The notes: generated by a model from the sequence alone, not told the origin. Counted from the first letter of the stretch, positions 9,412 through 19,742 are shown. The stretch: DNA of 64,000 nucleotides from Polyangiaceae bacterium (GCA_044376115.1 JBILLK010000010.1:192001-256000); one strand, 5' to 3'. Made by a program: numbers and translations.

Positions 9412-10146
9412 ATGGACGTTGCCTTCATTCTGACCAAAACCGCCGAGCTACCCAGTACAGAGGCCGTCAAGGCCGCCGCCCTGCGTTATGGGCTCCAATT
9501 GAACGCGGAGCCAACTCCGAGCGGACCGCCTTCGTCGTATGAAATCGCAGGCGTGGGGCAACTTACGCTAATGCCTATTCCGGCACCGTTTCCAGATCTT
9601 GCGCGTGCCCCCAAGAGCCCGACCTCACCCACGAGCGAGGAACTGGCCGCAGCAAGCGCTCACTTCATCTTGACGGTGCTCGGGTTTAGCGGGCCGCCCC
9701 GCCAGCGCGACGCGAAGATGGCAGGAGTCGCCGCGGCCGTCGCTACAGCTTGCAACGCTATTGGCATAAAGCTCGCGCATGGGGTGGTGTTCCATAAGGC
9801 CGGCCTCTACGCAGAGTTGACAGCAGCAGCGCTCGACCTTGCCGACCTCGCGCCGGAAACCGCAATCGACATTACCACCACCTCCGAACCCCGTGGGCGC
9901 ATCGGCTTCCTCACCCACGGCCTAGCCCGCTATGACCGCAGCGAGCTTCATATCACAGCATCGACCGAGGGCCGCGGGGCCCTCGGCTTCGTGTTCGACA
10001 TGATTCGCTGGCAGCTCTCCACCGACGTGGAGGTGCTCCCAGGGCACACCGTAGGCCGCACGGCCGAGGAGAAGCTGGCGGTGATTCGAGCTCCCAGCCC
10101 GACGGGTCGCGGCCCAGAAGTCCTGCGCATCGACCTGCCTGAGTGA
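9412..10146 (+). CDS. Hypothetical protein, DUF4261-like C-terminus
   Basis: FLTHGLARYDRSELHI...VLPGHTVGRTAEEK resembles the THGL...GHTI pattern of DUF4261/SUFU-associated proteins; start at 9367 or 9412. Confidence 0.55.
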   Translation: MDVAFILTKTAELPSTEAVKAAALRYGLQLNAEPTPSGPPSSYEIAGVGQLTLMPIPAPFPDLARAPKSPTSPTSEELAAASAHFILTVLGFSGPPRQRDAKMAGVAAAVATACNAIGIKLAHGVVFHKAGLYAELTAAALDLADLAPETAIDITTTSEPRGRIGFLTHGLARYDRSELHITASTEGRGALGFVFDMIRWQLSTDVEVLPGHTVGRTAEEKLAVIRAPSPTGRGPEVLRIDLPE

Positions 10147-10150
10147 AGCG

Positions 10151-11524
10151 CTACTTCACCGCAAAGGGAGTGGCAACGGAGCGCGCGACGTCAGCTCCAC
10201 CACCCCATAACGACGTCTGGAAGTAGGCGGTAAACGCCATCCCCGGGTTGACGCTCTCGCCATCGAACACCACGGGTACGCCGAGCGTCAGTAGCGCGCC
10301 GCCCCCAGGCGCCCAGTTTACGCCAGCGGAGCCCATGGGCAGTACACTCTCGCCGCTCACGTCGACTGCTCCTTCAACGAACGGAGCAATGGTCTCGTTC
10401 ACCAGGATGAGAGATAGCGCGCTGGTAACGCCTGGCACAGCGTCCCCCTCCTCCGTGGGTACGTCCACGCGTCCACGTGCCGTTAGATTCATTGCCACGG
10501 CCCCGAAGTTGACGGCACCGGAGGCCTTCACATCCGGAGTGAGGGTACTCGAAGCAGCCTCCGAAGGTGCCGGTAACGCAACGCCAGGCGTCGCGGCGAG
10601 CGTTATGCCACTATCGGTATCGCTATAAAACGCGAACTGGGCACTCAAACCTACGTTACCAAGTCCGGTTACGCGCTCCGACTCCATGGGGCTCGAGGCG
10701 AACGGCACTGCCGCGCCGAGAGTCAACCAATCGGTGACTCCCAGAGTCGCAGACGGACCGAACGAAACCCCTGCATCTTCGGCGAGCTTGTCCATACCTA
10801 CCGAGCTCCCGATGCCAAAGGCACCTTCAGCAACGGTGTACGGCAACAATCCCAACACCACAGCGCCCATCACCGTCGTACTCGCGGCAGCAGGTTCCTC
10901 GGCCGGAGGAGCTGCAGCGGGAGCAACAGGCGAAACTGCGGCGCCAACAGGCGCGGCTTCATCTGCCGCCGCTGGTTCCTCCGCATCCGTGGGCGCTGCA
11001 ATAGCCTCGGGCTCAACGGCGCTTTCCAACGGCTCAACTGCCTCTTCAGCGCCGGGCTCGGTGCTCGCCACAGGCTCGGCACCATCATCCGACGCCACCG
11101 CGATAGGCTCCTCCCCAGGCACTGGCTCGGCGAAAGACGCTGTCTTGAACTCCGGTTCCGACGCAGCCTCCGACACCGCCAGCTCCGGCTCGATCGGTAC
11201 AAGCCTATAGCGAATTGGAGCTCCGTCGGGGCCGCGAGCCTCTACCACTGGCCCAGACGCCGGAGCCGAAGCCGGCTGCGACACCATCGGAGGAGCCTTC
11301 GGCTTTGCTTTTGCCTTAGCGACCTTGGCTTTGGGCGACGCCTTTGAAAGCTTTACCAACGAATCGAGTACACTACCCTCAGCTACCTTGCATTGGGTCG
11401 AAGTGTCACCCTGCTTCTCTGGCTCGCCCCACGCGTTTCCTGTCCACCCAAGCGTGACAGCCCCCGCAACAAAAACTAGCGCACAGTGTTGCCCAACCCG
11501 CGCCCCAGAAATGAATCTTCCCAT
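10151..11524 (-). CDS. Exported protein: signal peptide, acidic Pro/Ala/Glu stalk, C-terminal putative outer-membrane beta-barrel
   Basis: Hydrophobic N-terminus ending NAWG; EP/AAP-rich region; alternating amphipathic strands (LGVTDWLTLGAAVP, GLGNVGLSAQFAF, LAATPGVALP). Confidence 0.55.
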   Translation of the reverse strand: MGRFISGARVGQHCALVFVAGAVTLGWTGNAWGEPEKQGDTSTQCKVAEGSVLDSLVKLSKASPKAKVAKAKAKPKAPPMVSQPASAPASGPVVEARGPDGAPIRYRLVPIEPELAVSEAASEPEFKTASFAEPVPGEEPIAVASDDGAEPVASTEPGAEEAVEPLESAVEPEAIAAPTDAEEPAAADEAAPVGAAVSPVAPAAAPPAEEPAAASTTVMGAVVLGLLPYTVAEGAFGIGSSVGMDKLAEDAGVSFGPSATLGVTDWLTLGAAVPFASSPMESERVTGLGNVGLSAQFAFYSDTDSGITLAATPGVALPAPSEAASSTLTPDVKASGAVNFGAVAMNLTARGRVDVPTEEGDAVPGVTSALSLILVNETIAPFVEGAVDVSGESVLPMGSAGVNWAPGGGALLTLGVPVVFDGESVNPGMAFTAYFQTSLWGGGADVARSVATPFAVK

Positions 11525-11666
11525 GGGAACCTCCGTGTTCCTTCGCCGAAAACCGGCGCCTGACTCTGGTACGGCCCCCCGAGCGTCAAACTTTAGACGG
11601 TGCTCGATCGCATCTCGCTAAACATTAGTTGGAATTACAGTTCACTGTTCGACCCTGATATGAACG

Positions 11667-11697
11667 GAAAAAGGCCAGCTCGGTTCGAGCTGACCTT
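11667..11697 (-). terminator. Intrinsic terminator of the che operon
   Basis: On the minus strand, AAGGTCAGCTCG-AAC-CGAGCTGGCCTT runs into a T tract about 55 nt after the last che gene. Confidence 0.7.
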
Positions 11698-11750
11698 CCT
11701 TGGTGACAATTTGCGCCTGCGCAGGCGCAAACAACGCATACACACTGGGC

Positions 11751-12233
11751 CTAATTGGCCATTAGAATCATCTTACCTGCAGCGTACCCCGTAACAGAGA
11801 CCTCCATTGCGTAGCGCGTAGGCGCCGTCATAAAGAACTTCTGTCGCTCTGGCGTTAGGGGCAGGTGACCGCGCCACTTCATGATCACGCGCGGAGAGTT
11901 TGCTCCGTTGAAAAAGCGCCCCGAAACGTTGAAGACCTCTTGAAGACTCTCCTCTAGCATCTCCTCGAGCTTCTTCGCTTTGACACTCTCATCAGCTATC
12001 CCCTTCGGTACAAGGGTTAGCGCCGCAGCAAGGCTTGCAGAGAGCTGCAGGTCCATCGCGCACGCTGCCGACAAGCTGCCGTCCTCACGGTCATAGGTGG
12101 CTACGCTGTAAAACCCCTCAGGCGTCTTGATCGGCGGCAAGTCCTTGATTTGAATTGCTCGACCGAGCAGATCCCTCAGGATCGGCATAACCTCCGCAGA
12201 ACGATGTACAGCAATCTTGGCAGGCGCACTCAT
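11751..12233 (-). CDS. Chemotaxis-associated protein, divergent CheC/CheX-like fold
   Basis: Follows cheY; AAAGGAG RBS before ATG 12233; ExxN motif (LQEVFNV); ILRDLLGR...VATY...MDLQLSASLAAALTLVP pattern. Confidence 0.65.
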   Translation of the reverse strand: MSAPAKIAVHRSAEVMPILRDLLGRAIQIKDLPPIKTPEGFYSVATYDREDGSLSAACAMDLQLSASLAAALTLVPKGIADESVKAKKLEEMLEESLQEVFNVSGRFFNGANSPRVIMKWRGHLPLTPERQKFFMTAPTRYAMEVSVTGYAAGKMILMAN

Positions 12234-12342
12234 CTCAATCTCCTTTGGCCCAGCGCAGCGGGCCTCTCTTGGCCATTGGGCACGCGCAGTACCCAAAGCC
12301 GATTTCGCCGAAGGCGGATGCAGTAAAACGAAGCTCTAACCC

Positions 12343-12699
12343 TCAGGTTCCAATCGCCATGATGAAGGCTTCAGGCGTGAATGGTTTGGAGATAACGAAC
12401 TCCGCACCGGCCGCACGGGCCTCCGTCTTGATGTGCTCGCTGACCTCGGAGGTGACGAACCCAAATCGGACCTTCTCACCGGACGCGCGAGCCGCCTTGA
12501 GCAGATCGATGCCCAGCATACGGGGCATATTCCAGTCCGACAGAACGAGATCCGGAGCCTCTGCCTTGATCGAAACGAGCGCCTCATCACCGTCGCATGC
12601 CTCGACGAAGGTACAATGCCCGTACCCTGCCTGTCGGAGGCAGCGAGTAACGATAAGTCGCATGGCTTTGCTGTCATCTACGATCAATATCTTCTTCAT
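12343..12699 (-). CDS. cheY: Single-domain response regulator CheY-like (copy 2)
   Basis: ILIVDDS, DLVLSDWNMP, FVTSE, ISKPF. Confidence 0.85.
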   Translation of the reverse strand: MKKILIVDDSKAMRLIVTRCLRQAGYGHCTFVEACDGDEALVSIKAEAPDLVLSDWNMPRMLGIDLLKAARASGEKVRFGFVTSEVSEHIKTEARAAGAEFVISKPFTPEAFIMAIGT

Positions 12700-12771
12700 A
12701 TGCTCTCCAGCGTCGATACATTCAATAGCGGCACAACGAACTAAAAGTTGAGCTTGGCAGCAAAAATGCTT

Positions 12772-13830
12772 TCAAGCGGATGCGCGCGACTCATCAATGC
12801 GGCCTGAGCGCCACCACTTCAGCGCCGCCTCAGACATCCTGTCTAACCCTAGTACGGCCTCCGCGGCTCCCATCTCAATAGCGACCCGAGGCATTCCCCA
12901 AACTACTGAACTCGCTTCATCCTGCGCAACGGTCCGTGCCCCAGCCATACGTAGCGCGCCCAACCCGCGAGCCCCATCCGACCCCATCCCCGTTAGCAGC
13001 ATCCCCATCGCGTTGGCGCCAGCACACTTAGCGGCCGATTGGAAGAGCACGTCCACACTGGGCCGGTGGTGCTGCACCGGACCTGAGTCTTCTATCTTGA
13101 TTTGATAGTGGGCACCGTTACGCACGACGGTTGTGTGCCGGCCCCCAGGGGCGACCAAGATAGATCCTTGGACCACAGGGTCGCCGTCCCTCGCCTCGCG
13201 TACCGTCATGGAGCATAATCCGTCCAGTCGCCGCGCAAAGGGCCCGGTGAAGTCGGAGGGCATGTGCTGCACTATCACTGTGGCAGGTCCGTCCGCGGGG
13301 AAGGCTGGTAGGATATCTTCGAGCGCCCGGGTACCGCCCGTCGAGGACCCAATGCACAGTACTCGACCGGTCGTACGCAAGCCGCTGCTTGCTGCGCCCT
13401 TGATCGGTGAGCGAGCGGCGGCCGCCGCAATGGGACGCAGTTTAGCGGCGGCGGCGGCGCGAATGGCGGTCACCAGCTTGCCCGCAACGTCCGGAACGCT
13501 GAACTGACTGGAGGGTTTGCCAACGACATCAATGGCCCCCAGGGCTAGAGCTCGCAAGGCTGTCTCGCTGCCCTCTTGACTCAGCGAGCTAACGACGATC
13601 ACTCGCATGGGCATATGTTTCATGAGCTTCTCGAGAAAAGTGAGCCCATCCATCCTAGGCATTTCGATGTCGAGCGTTATGACGTCGGGTGTCAGCTCGA
13701 CGATTCGCTCACGAGCCACATACGGGTCGACCGCAGCACCCACTACCTGGATGTCAGGAAACTTCCCGAGCTCACGCGTAAGCAAGCGTTGAACAACTAT
13801 TGAGTCGTCGACGATCAAAACCTTGATCAT
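12772..13830 (-). CDS. cheB: Chemotaxis methylesterase CheB (copy 2)
   Basis: REC domain (VDDS, TLDIEMP) plus esterase triad motifs GSSTGG, QHMP, GMGSDG; also RPSVDVLF and VVWGMP. ATG 13830 has an RBS. Confidence 0.95.
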   Translation of the reverse strand: MIKVLIVDDSIVVQRLLTRELGKFPDIQVVGAAVDPYVARERIVELTPDVITLDIEMPRMDGLTFLEKLMKHMPMRVIVVSSLSQEGSETALRALALGAIDVVGKPSSQFSVPDVAGKLVTAIRAAAAAKLRPIAAAAARSPIKGAASSGLRTTGRVLCIGSSTGGTRALEDILPAFPADGPATVIVQHMPSDFTGPFARRLDGLCSMTVREARDGDPVVQGSILVAPGGRHTTVVRNGAHYQIKIEDSGPVQHHRPSVDVLFQSAAKCAGANAMGMLLTGMGSDGARGLGALRMAGARTVAQDEASSVVWGMPRVAIEMGAAEAVLGLDRMSEAALKWWRSGRIDESRASA

Positions 13831-13908
13831 GAGCCTTACCTCTCTCCCCAGAGACCGTGACGCCTTGTACCCACGATCCTTCAGCGACACATTTCGTCTA
13901 GCATTCAG

Positions 13909-14958
13909 TCACAATGACTGTTCTTGCGCGGCTATGCGTGTTTGGGCCGCGGCGAAGTCCAATATGGCATTCGCCATCCGGTCCAAGGGAACAACGGCTT
14001 CCGCTGCCCCTCTATCAATTGCTGCTTTCGGCATACCAAACACGACGGAGGTATGCTCGTCTTGCGCAATCGTGCGGCTCCCCGCAGCGCGCATGGCCAT
14101 CATGCCCGCTGCGCCGTCGCAGCCCATTCCCGTCAGAATGATGCCCAAAGCATTGGACTTGGCACAACGCGCAACCGAATTGAAGAACACGTCCACGCTG
14201 GGGCGGAAGTGGTTGACCGCCTCATCGTCACTGAGCCGAACGTAGTATCGACCGCCCCTGCGCTCGAGCATGAGGTGACGCCCTCCAGGTGCAATCACCA
14301 CCCGGCCGACAGCGAGTGGCATGCCGTCTATTGCTTCAGCCACCTGCATTGCGCAATAGCCATTGAGCCGTTCTGCAAACGATGCCGTAAACTGCGGCGG
14401 CATATGTTGCACCACGACGATGGCTGGCCCGTCGGCGAGCATACTCGGCAGAATCGCCTCCAAGGCCCGAGTGCCTCCGGTGGATGACCCGATGCACACG
14501 AGCTTTCCCATCGTGCTCATCGTTTTGGCTTCTGGCGGGGCTTGCGAAGCGGGGGCGGCAGTCCGCACGTTTGCTAGTGATGCAGCACGTACAGCGTTGG
14601 CAAGGCGGCCCACTACGTCTGGCACACTGAACTGGCTCGATGGCTTGGCCACGACATCAATGGCCCCGAGAGACAGCGCCCGTAGCGCAATCTCGCTACC
14701 CTCCTTGGATAGGGAGCTTACGATCACCACTCGCATGGGGTGATGCTTCATCAACTTCTCAAGGAAGGTCAGCCCGTCCATCCTTGGCATATCAATGTCC
14801 AAGGTGATGACATCGGGATTCAGTTCGGCGATTTTCTCCCTCGCCTCGTAGGGGTCAGCGGCCATGCCAACGACCGAGATCCCCCCCGCAGTGGATAATC
14901 CCTGCGCAATCGACTTACGCACGACAACCGAGTCATCCACCACCAGGACGCGAATCAT
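13909..14958 (-). CDS. cheB: Chemotaxis methylesterase CheB (copy 1)
   Basis: REC domain (VDDS, TLDIDMP) plus GSSTGG, QHMP, GMGCDG, RPSVDVFF, VVFGMP. Confidence 0.95.
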   Translation of the reverse strand: MIRVLVVDDSVVVRKSIAQGLSTAGGISVVGMAADPYEAREKIAELNPDVITLDIDMPRMDGLTFLEKLMKHHPMRVVIVSSLSKEGSEIALRALSLGAIDVVAKPSSQFSVPDVVGRLANAVRAASLANVRTAAPASQAPPEAKTMSTMGKLVCIGSSTGGTRALEAILPSMLADGPAIVVVQHMPPQFTASFAERLNGYCAMQVAEAIDGMPLAVGRVVIAPGGRHLMLERRGGRYYVRLSDDEAVNHFRPSVDVFFNSVARCAKSNALGIILTGMGCDGAAGMMAMRAAGSRTIAQDEHTSVVFGMPKAAIDRGAAEAVVPLDRMANAILDFAAAQTRIAAQEQSL

Positions 14959-15398
14959 GAGGTGGGCTGCTCGCGAAAGAGCCGCACAACAATGCTTCCG
15001 CCGTCGAAGCTCGCTTCCGCTATAGGAGCGAGAGACGCGCGCTTGAACTTACCTTCATCACACGGAGCGGGCGACGACAACGCGAAGACGACGTCCTTTG
15101 ATTCAATCTCGGGCAGTGCGTTACCGCAGACCACGTTAGCAATCTCAAGCAACGCCTGATTGCTATCTTCCTTGGTCAATGCGTCTTCGCCCAGCAGGCT
15201 CTCTGTTAGCTCTCCCAGCAGGCCAGGAGCCAAGCCAATCACCATCTCCCCTCTCCAATGACCCTTGATGCCAACGCGTGCGTATGCCGCCTCAGCAGTA
15301 TCTGCAGGCCAATCAGGGTCTGGCTCCGCGCAATGAAAGCATAGTTCATCGAGGGTTCTAACCACGACCGAAGACAGCACAGAGTTTGCGTTAGGCAT
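14955..15398 (-). CDS. cheX: CheX-family CheY-P phosphatase
   Basis: GHWRGEMVI, LTESLLG, ALLEIANVVCGN (ExxN), VFALSSP. Confidence 0.8.
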   Translation of the reverse strand: MPNANSVLSSVVVRTLDELCFHCAEPDPDWPADTAEAAYARVGIKGHWRGEMVIGLAPGLLGELTESLLGEDALTKEDSNQALLEIANVVCGNALPEIESKDVVFALSSPAPCDEGKFKRASLAPIAEASFDGGSIVVRLFREQPTS

Positions 15399-15777
15399 GA
15401 CCTCTCCCAGCAAGCGCAACTACAATGGCGTCGAGCAACCCTTCAGGAGTGAAGGGCTTGCGTACAAAGCCGGCGCTCAATTCCTTGACCCGGTCAATAC
15501 GTGGCTCGCTCCCTTCTGTGCTCACTACGACCACAGGCAAGTCCGCCGTCTTGGCGCTCGATCGCAGAGACTCGAGGGCCTCGATCCCGCCCATGATTGG
15601 CATATTGAGATCGAGCAGCGCAAGGTCGATAGGGGATCTGCCGACGACATCCAGCGCCTCTTGCCCATTCTCTGCCTCGTGTATTGCAGTTATCGGCAGG
15701 CCGCTCAGTCCGAGAGCACGCTTCACAATGCGGCGCATGGTCGCGCTATCATCAACAACTAATACATTGAGAGCCAT
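15391..15777 (-). CDS. cheY: Single-domain response regulator CheY-like (copy 1)
   Basis: VLVVDDSATMR, DLALLDLNMP, VVSTEG, VRKPF. Confidence 0.85.
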   Translation of the reverse strand: MALNVLVVDDSATMRRIVKRALGLSGLPITAIHEAENGQEALDVVGRSPIDLALLDLNMPIMGGIEALESLRSSAKTADLPVVVVSTEGSEPRIDRVKELSAGFVRKPFTPEGLLDAIVVALAGRGHA

Positions 15778-15779
15778 TC

Positions 15780-16313
15780 TCACGCCTCCTGAGTAAGCCG
15801 AGTCACTGCTTGATCTGTCTTGAGCAAGACTTCCCCGGTATCGATTCGTAACGCCATGGTCCTTGGGATGTTGCCGCCCACCTGCTGGGCCTTGATCAAG
15901 ATCCCATTCTTCCAGAGGATCTTGCGCAGCATTGTAATGTTGCGCTGGCCGATATTGAAGCTTGAGTCCTGCATCGCTCCGAGCGCAGCCCCACCAGCAA
16001 CGCAGACGACCAACCGCTGTTTGACCGCCCCAAGTGCATACGCCTCTCGAAATAGGCGCGGCACTCCGGTGTCGATGAACATGTCCGGGTTAGACGCTGC
16101 CTTCTCAGGCGAAGTATTGGAATCAGGGAGCATCACGTGCAGCAATCCGCCCACATGCTCTACCGGGTCCCAAACGGTCACCCCCAAACAACTACCCAGC
16201 GCATAGGTCATTAGCAGCTCACCTTTACCGCGTGAGACTTTGGACCCAGCCATCGGCACAATTACTTGGTGACCGGCCAGTGGGTTAGTGGCTGTTTGCT
16301 CTACGGCTAGCAT
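15780..16313 (-). CDS. cheD: Chemoreceptor glutamine deamidase CheD
   Basis: TYALGSCLGV, GGLLHVMLP, AGGA, FNIGQRN, VGGNIPR. Confidence 0.92.
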   Translation of the reverse strand: MLAVEQTATNPLAGHQVIVPMAGSKVSRGKGELLMTYALGSCLGVTVWDPVEHVGGLLHVMLPDSNTSPEKAASNPDMFIDTGVPRLFREAYALGAVKQRLVVCVAGGAALGAMQDSSFNIGQRNITMLRKILWKNGILIKAQQVGGNIPRTMALRIDTGEVLLKTDQAVTRLTQEA

Positions 16314-17149
16314 CGGGTGTACACCGCTGGCCTTTCGTATTGAAGGCCGTTGTCGCTCTGGCCTAGGGACTCTGAGTGCCCAATGAACAGAAAGCCCCCT
16401 GGCTCAAGCATTTCGCGGAACCTGCGCGCCAGCCCAAGCTGAGTCGGTTTATCAAAGTAAATCATCACGTTCCGACAGAAGATCAGGTTAAAGCGGCCTC
16501 GCATCGGAAACGGGTCCAACAGATTGAGCCGAGCAAAGGAAACGAGGTCCCTTACCTTCGGGACAACACACTGCTCGCGGGCGCTGACTTGCTCAAAGTA
16601 GCGAGAGCGAATCGCGGCGGGTACGTCGGCAACTGTCTCATTGGCGTAGGTAGCCTTGCGCGCCTTCTCCAGCACCACCGCTGAGAGATCCGTTGCTAAA
16701 ATCTTGGTCTTCCGGGCCAGGGCCGGAGCGGCCTCGAGCATCGTCATACCAATCGTGTAGGGCTCTTCCCCTGAAGAGCAGGCGGCACTCCATATGCGCA
16801 CCTCACTGTTCTGACTCAGCCACTGAGGAATCAGCGTCTCGCGCATCAAGTCGAAGTGAGCTGGCTCGCGAAAGAAGTTCGTCTTATTGGTGGTGAGCAC
16901 GTCCACCATTTGCGCGAGCTCGACCTTGTTGGAGGCGACGAGCTCCATGTAGGCCTCGAATGAGCCGAGGCCACGAGCCTTTAGTCGCTTGGAGAGCCGC
17001 GACTGCACCAGCTCTTCCTTGCCCTCCTTCAGGACAATCCCAGACAGCTTGTACAAGAGGTCGCACACCTTGACGAACACGGCTGGACTGAGTTTGGCCG
17101 CCGGAGCCATCGGATCGAAGTGAGTTGTCATTCGCTGGTCGCTCGACAT
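16307..17149 (-). CDS. cheR: Chemotaxis methyltransferase CheR
   Basis: TTNKTNFFREPAHF, RIWSAACSSGEEPYT, ILATDLS, IFCRNVMIYFD, LFIGHSES. Confidence 0.96.
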   Translation of the reverse strand: MSSDQRMTTHFDPMAPAAKLSPAVFVKVCDLLYKLSGIVLKEGKEELVQSRLSKRLKARGLGSFEAYMELVASNKVELAQMVDVLTTNKTNFFREPAHFDLMRETLIPQWLSQNSEVRIWSAACSSGEEPYTIGMTMLEAAPALARKTKILATDLSAVVLEKARKATYANETVADVPAAIRSRYFEQVSAREQCVVPKVRDLVSFARLNLLDPFPMRGRFNLIFCRNVMIYFDKPTQLGLARRFREMLEPGGFLFIGHSESLGQSDNGLQYERPAVYTRC

Positions 17150-17174
17150 GGCAGCTTCCTTGTTTCAGTCCGAC

Positions 17175-19742
17175 TCAGAACTCAGCGAGGGCAGCGGTCC
17201 CCTCTGCGTCATCGAAGGGAATCAGGTGCGAGGCAGACTTGGCGCTTGAGACCTTCATCGGGGGCGGCCGAATCGAGATCACCTTGGCTGACTTGCGAGG
17301 CATCGAAGGAGCGGTGGCGCGCGGGGGATTTCTGCGTTGGGAAGCCATGGGTACCCGGCCTGAGCCCTGCGACTGGACCTTGAACGCCGCGACGAGGTCG
17401 CGCATCGACTCGGCTTGACCACTGAGCTCCTCCGCGGCGCTGGCGGACTCCTCGGTAGTAGCCGCGTTCTGTTGGGTGGCGCGGGAGATCTCCTCCACGG
17501 TCGAGTTTGCGCCGCCGATGCCAATCGCCTGCTGATCCGCGGCCACGGCGATCTCCGCCATAACCTCGACCACGCGGCCGACGTGTCCACTTATCTCTTC
17601 GAGACTTCGAGCCACGCCCGAGTTGAGCACCACACCACGCTCCGCGCTCTTGACTGCGTCCTCAATCATTTGGGAGGTCGTGCGGGCAGCTTCTGCGCTT
17701 CTCATCGCTAGACTGCGCACTTCTTCCGCGACGACCGCGAAGCCCTTCCCTGCGTCCCCTGCGCGAGCCGCCTCGACGGCCGCGTTTAGGGCAAGCAGGT
17801 TGGTTTGGAATGCGATCTCATCAATGGTCTTTACGATCTGCGCGGTGCGGTCACTGGCGACCTTGATCTGTTCGATTGCTTTAGAAAGCTCCTGCATGCT
17901 GCGCCCGCCCTTGTTGGCGGACTCGCTGGCGGCTTGAGCCATGCTCCTCGCCTGCTGCGCATTGCCAGCCGTTTGACGACCGGTGGAGCTAATCTCTTGC
18001 AACCGCGTGGTAACTTGGTCAAGCGAACTCGCCTGCTCCGTAGCGGTCTGAGCCAGAGACTGATTGCCAATCGTGATTTCGCCAGCGGCTGTGCTTACCT
18101 GGTCAGCGGCGACGAGCACTTGGGAGAGAGCGCCCTCGAGGTTGTCGAGCGCGGAGTTCATAGAGGTCTTAATTACCTCCCAATCGCCATCGTATTGCCC
18201 CTTCATGCGCACCATGAGGTCCCGGTCGGCGACCCGTGACAGCACGGTCTTGGCCTCGTCGATTGGCGCCTGACAGCCAGCGAGCAGCTCGTTGAGGTTG
18301 AGCATCATCTCGCGGTATACGCCGTCATATCCTGCGGTGTCCGCTCGGTCCGAGAGCCGGCCAGCGCGGGCCGAGCCAATGAGCACCTTGGCCTGGTCCA
18401 TCATGCGTTTGAGCGAGTCTTGGGCTTTGATGAAGCTCGAGGCGAGGACATCCCGCTCCGAGCGTCGCACTGGCGACTTGGACAAATCGCCGCGCGATAG
18501 GGCGTTTGCAGCGTCGGCGTTCTCGCGAATGAAACTGGTCACGCCCCGTAGCGACTCAGCAAGTTCACCGATCTCATCGCCGCTCTGGAACTCGATCTTC
18601 TGGTCAATGTCGCCCCCCGCGACATTCTTGGCTGCATCGGTCATCGCTTTGATCGGTGTGGAAATCTTGCGGACGAGCACGAACGCAGAGGCAGCCATCG
18701 CAATCAGGCAGAGGCCGAGCGAGCCTATAATCGTGCGTTGAACGTTGCGAACGCTCGCCAAGGCCTCTGACTCGTCAGCCGAGACGATGATTGCCCAGTT
18801 CATCCCTGGGTAGCCCATGGCCCCGCGCAGATGTGCGAAGCCCGCCACCCTGGTTGCCTCACCTTTTTTGCTGTACTCGCCGATTCCGTTTTTACCTGCG
18901 ATGGCCTCTCGCAACACGTTGCTAGCGGGGTCAAAGTCAACAGGCTGGAGATGTGGGAAGTTGGGAACCTCTCCGCCGCCAGACAAGGCAAAGATGCCTT
19001 TGCCCGCCGCATCCACGAGCAACAATCTAGCGCTGGGCGTTCCACTCTCTGCCAGCTGACTGAAGCCCGAACCAGCGACGTCATCCAGCGATTCTAAATC
19101 TAGATAGTTGATCCAAGCGCCAACGACCTCGCCGTTCCTACCCTTGATGGGCGACGCGAAGCCCATCGTGGGCTCGCCTTGGGTAACGAACGGAGCAACG
19201 TCTTCGTTGAAGTGAACGTCTACGATCACAGTGCCGGAGGCCACGTCATTGCCCGGAGCGGAATAGGGCATATTGGTGGTGAAGCGGCCATTGATGGAAT
19301 CAGTCAGCCAGCTCGCGCCCTTGTAGTTCTTCTCCCAAATGGGTGCCGTATTGACAGCGCGCTCCTTGGCGTCTTTGGAGTTGACGGCGATGACCTTGCC
19401 CTCCAAGTCGACGGCGATCATGAGCGAGTAGACACCGTATAGCCGCATATAGTCGTTCATCGCGCGAACGACGTCGTTCTTCTCGTCCGAACGTTGATAC
19501 CAAGCAGCCTTATTGTGCACGGCATCGTTCACCGTGAAGGCCTGGACATCTCCGTAGCGTTCGAACAGAAAGCGGTCGATCGTGTCGGCAGCATTCTCCG
19601 CCTTGAGCGAGTATCCCTCTGCCACTGACTGCGAGAGATCGCTACTCCACCGTATGGAAATGAGGCCAAGCCCCAGCACGGGCAGCAAGGAGAGACCCAT
19701 GGCCACCGCGATTTTCGACTTCAGCTTTAACGAATCGAGCAT
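17175..19742 (-). CDS. Methyl-accepting chemotaxis protein: 2 TM, periplasmic Cache-like sensor, multiple HAMP, C-terminal pentapeptide
   Basis: [14 protein letters not shown] sensor N-terminus; HAMP ([11 protein letters not shown]); [37 protein letters not shown] hairpin; ends ALAEF. ATG 19742 has a GAGGAG RBS. Confidence 0.95.
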   Translation of the reverse strand: MLDSLKLKSKIAVAMGLSLLPVLGLGLISIRWSSDLSQSVAEGYSLKAENAADTIDRFLFERYGDVQAFTVNDAVHNKAAWYQRSDEKNDVVRAMNDYMRLYGVYSLMIAVDLEGKVIAVNSKDAKERAVNTAPIWEKNYKGASWLTDSINGRFTTNMPYSAPGNDVASGTVIVDVHFNEDVAPFVTQGEPTMGFASPIKGRNGEVVGAWINYLDLESLDDVAGSGFSQLAESGTPSARLLLVDAAGKGIFALSGGGEVPNFPHLQPVDFDPASNVLREAIAGKNGIGEYSKKGEATRVAGFAHLRGAMGYPGMNWAIIVSADESEALASVRNVQRTIIGSLGLCLIAMAASAFVLVRKISTPIKAMTDAAKNVAGGDIDQKIEFQSGDEIGELAESLRGVTSFIRENADAANALSRGDLSKSPVRRSERDVLASSFIKAQDSLKRMMDQAKVLIGSARAGRLSDRADTAGYDGVYREMMLNLNELLAGCQAPIDEAKTVLSRVADRDLMVRMKGQYDGDWEVIKTSMNSALDNLEGALSQVLVAADQVSTAAGEITIGNQSLAQTATEQASSLDQVTTRLQEISSTGRQTAGNAQQARSMAQAASESANKGGRSMQELSKAIEQIKVASDRTAQIVKTIDEIAFQTNLLALNAAVEAARAGDAGKGFAVVAEEVRSLAMRSAEAARTTSQMIEDAVKSAERGVVLNSGVARSLEEISGHVGRVVEVMAEIAVAADQQAIGIGGANSTVEEISRATQQNAATTEESASAAEELSGQAESMRDLVAAFKVQSQGSGRVPMASQRRNPPRATAPSMPRKSAKVISIRPPPMKVSSAKSASHLIPFDDAEGTAALAEF

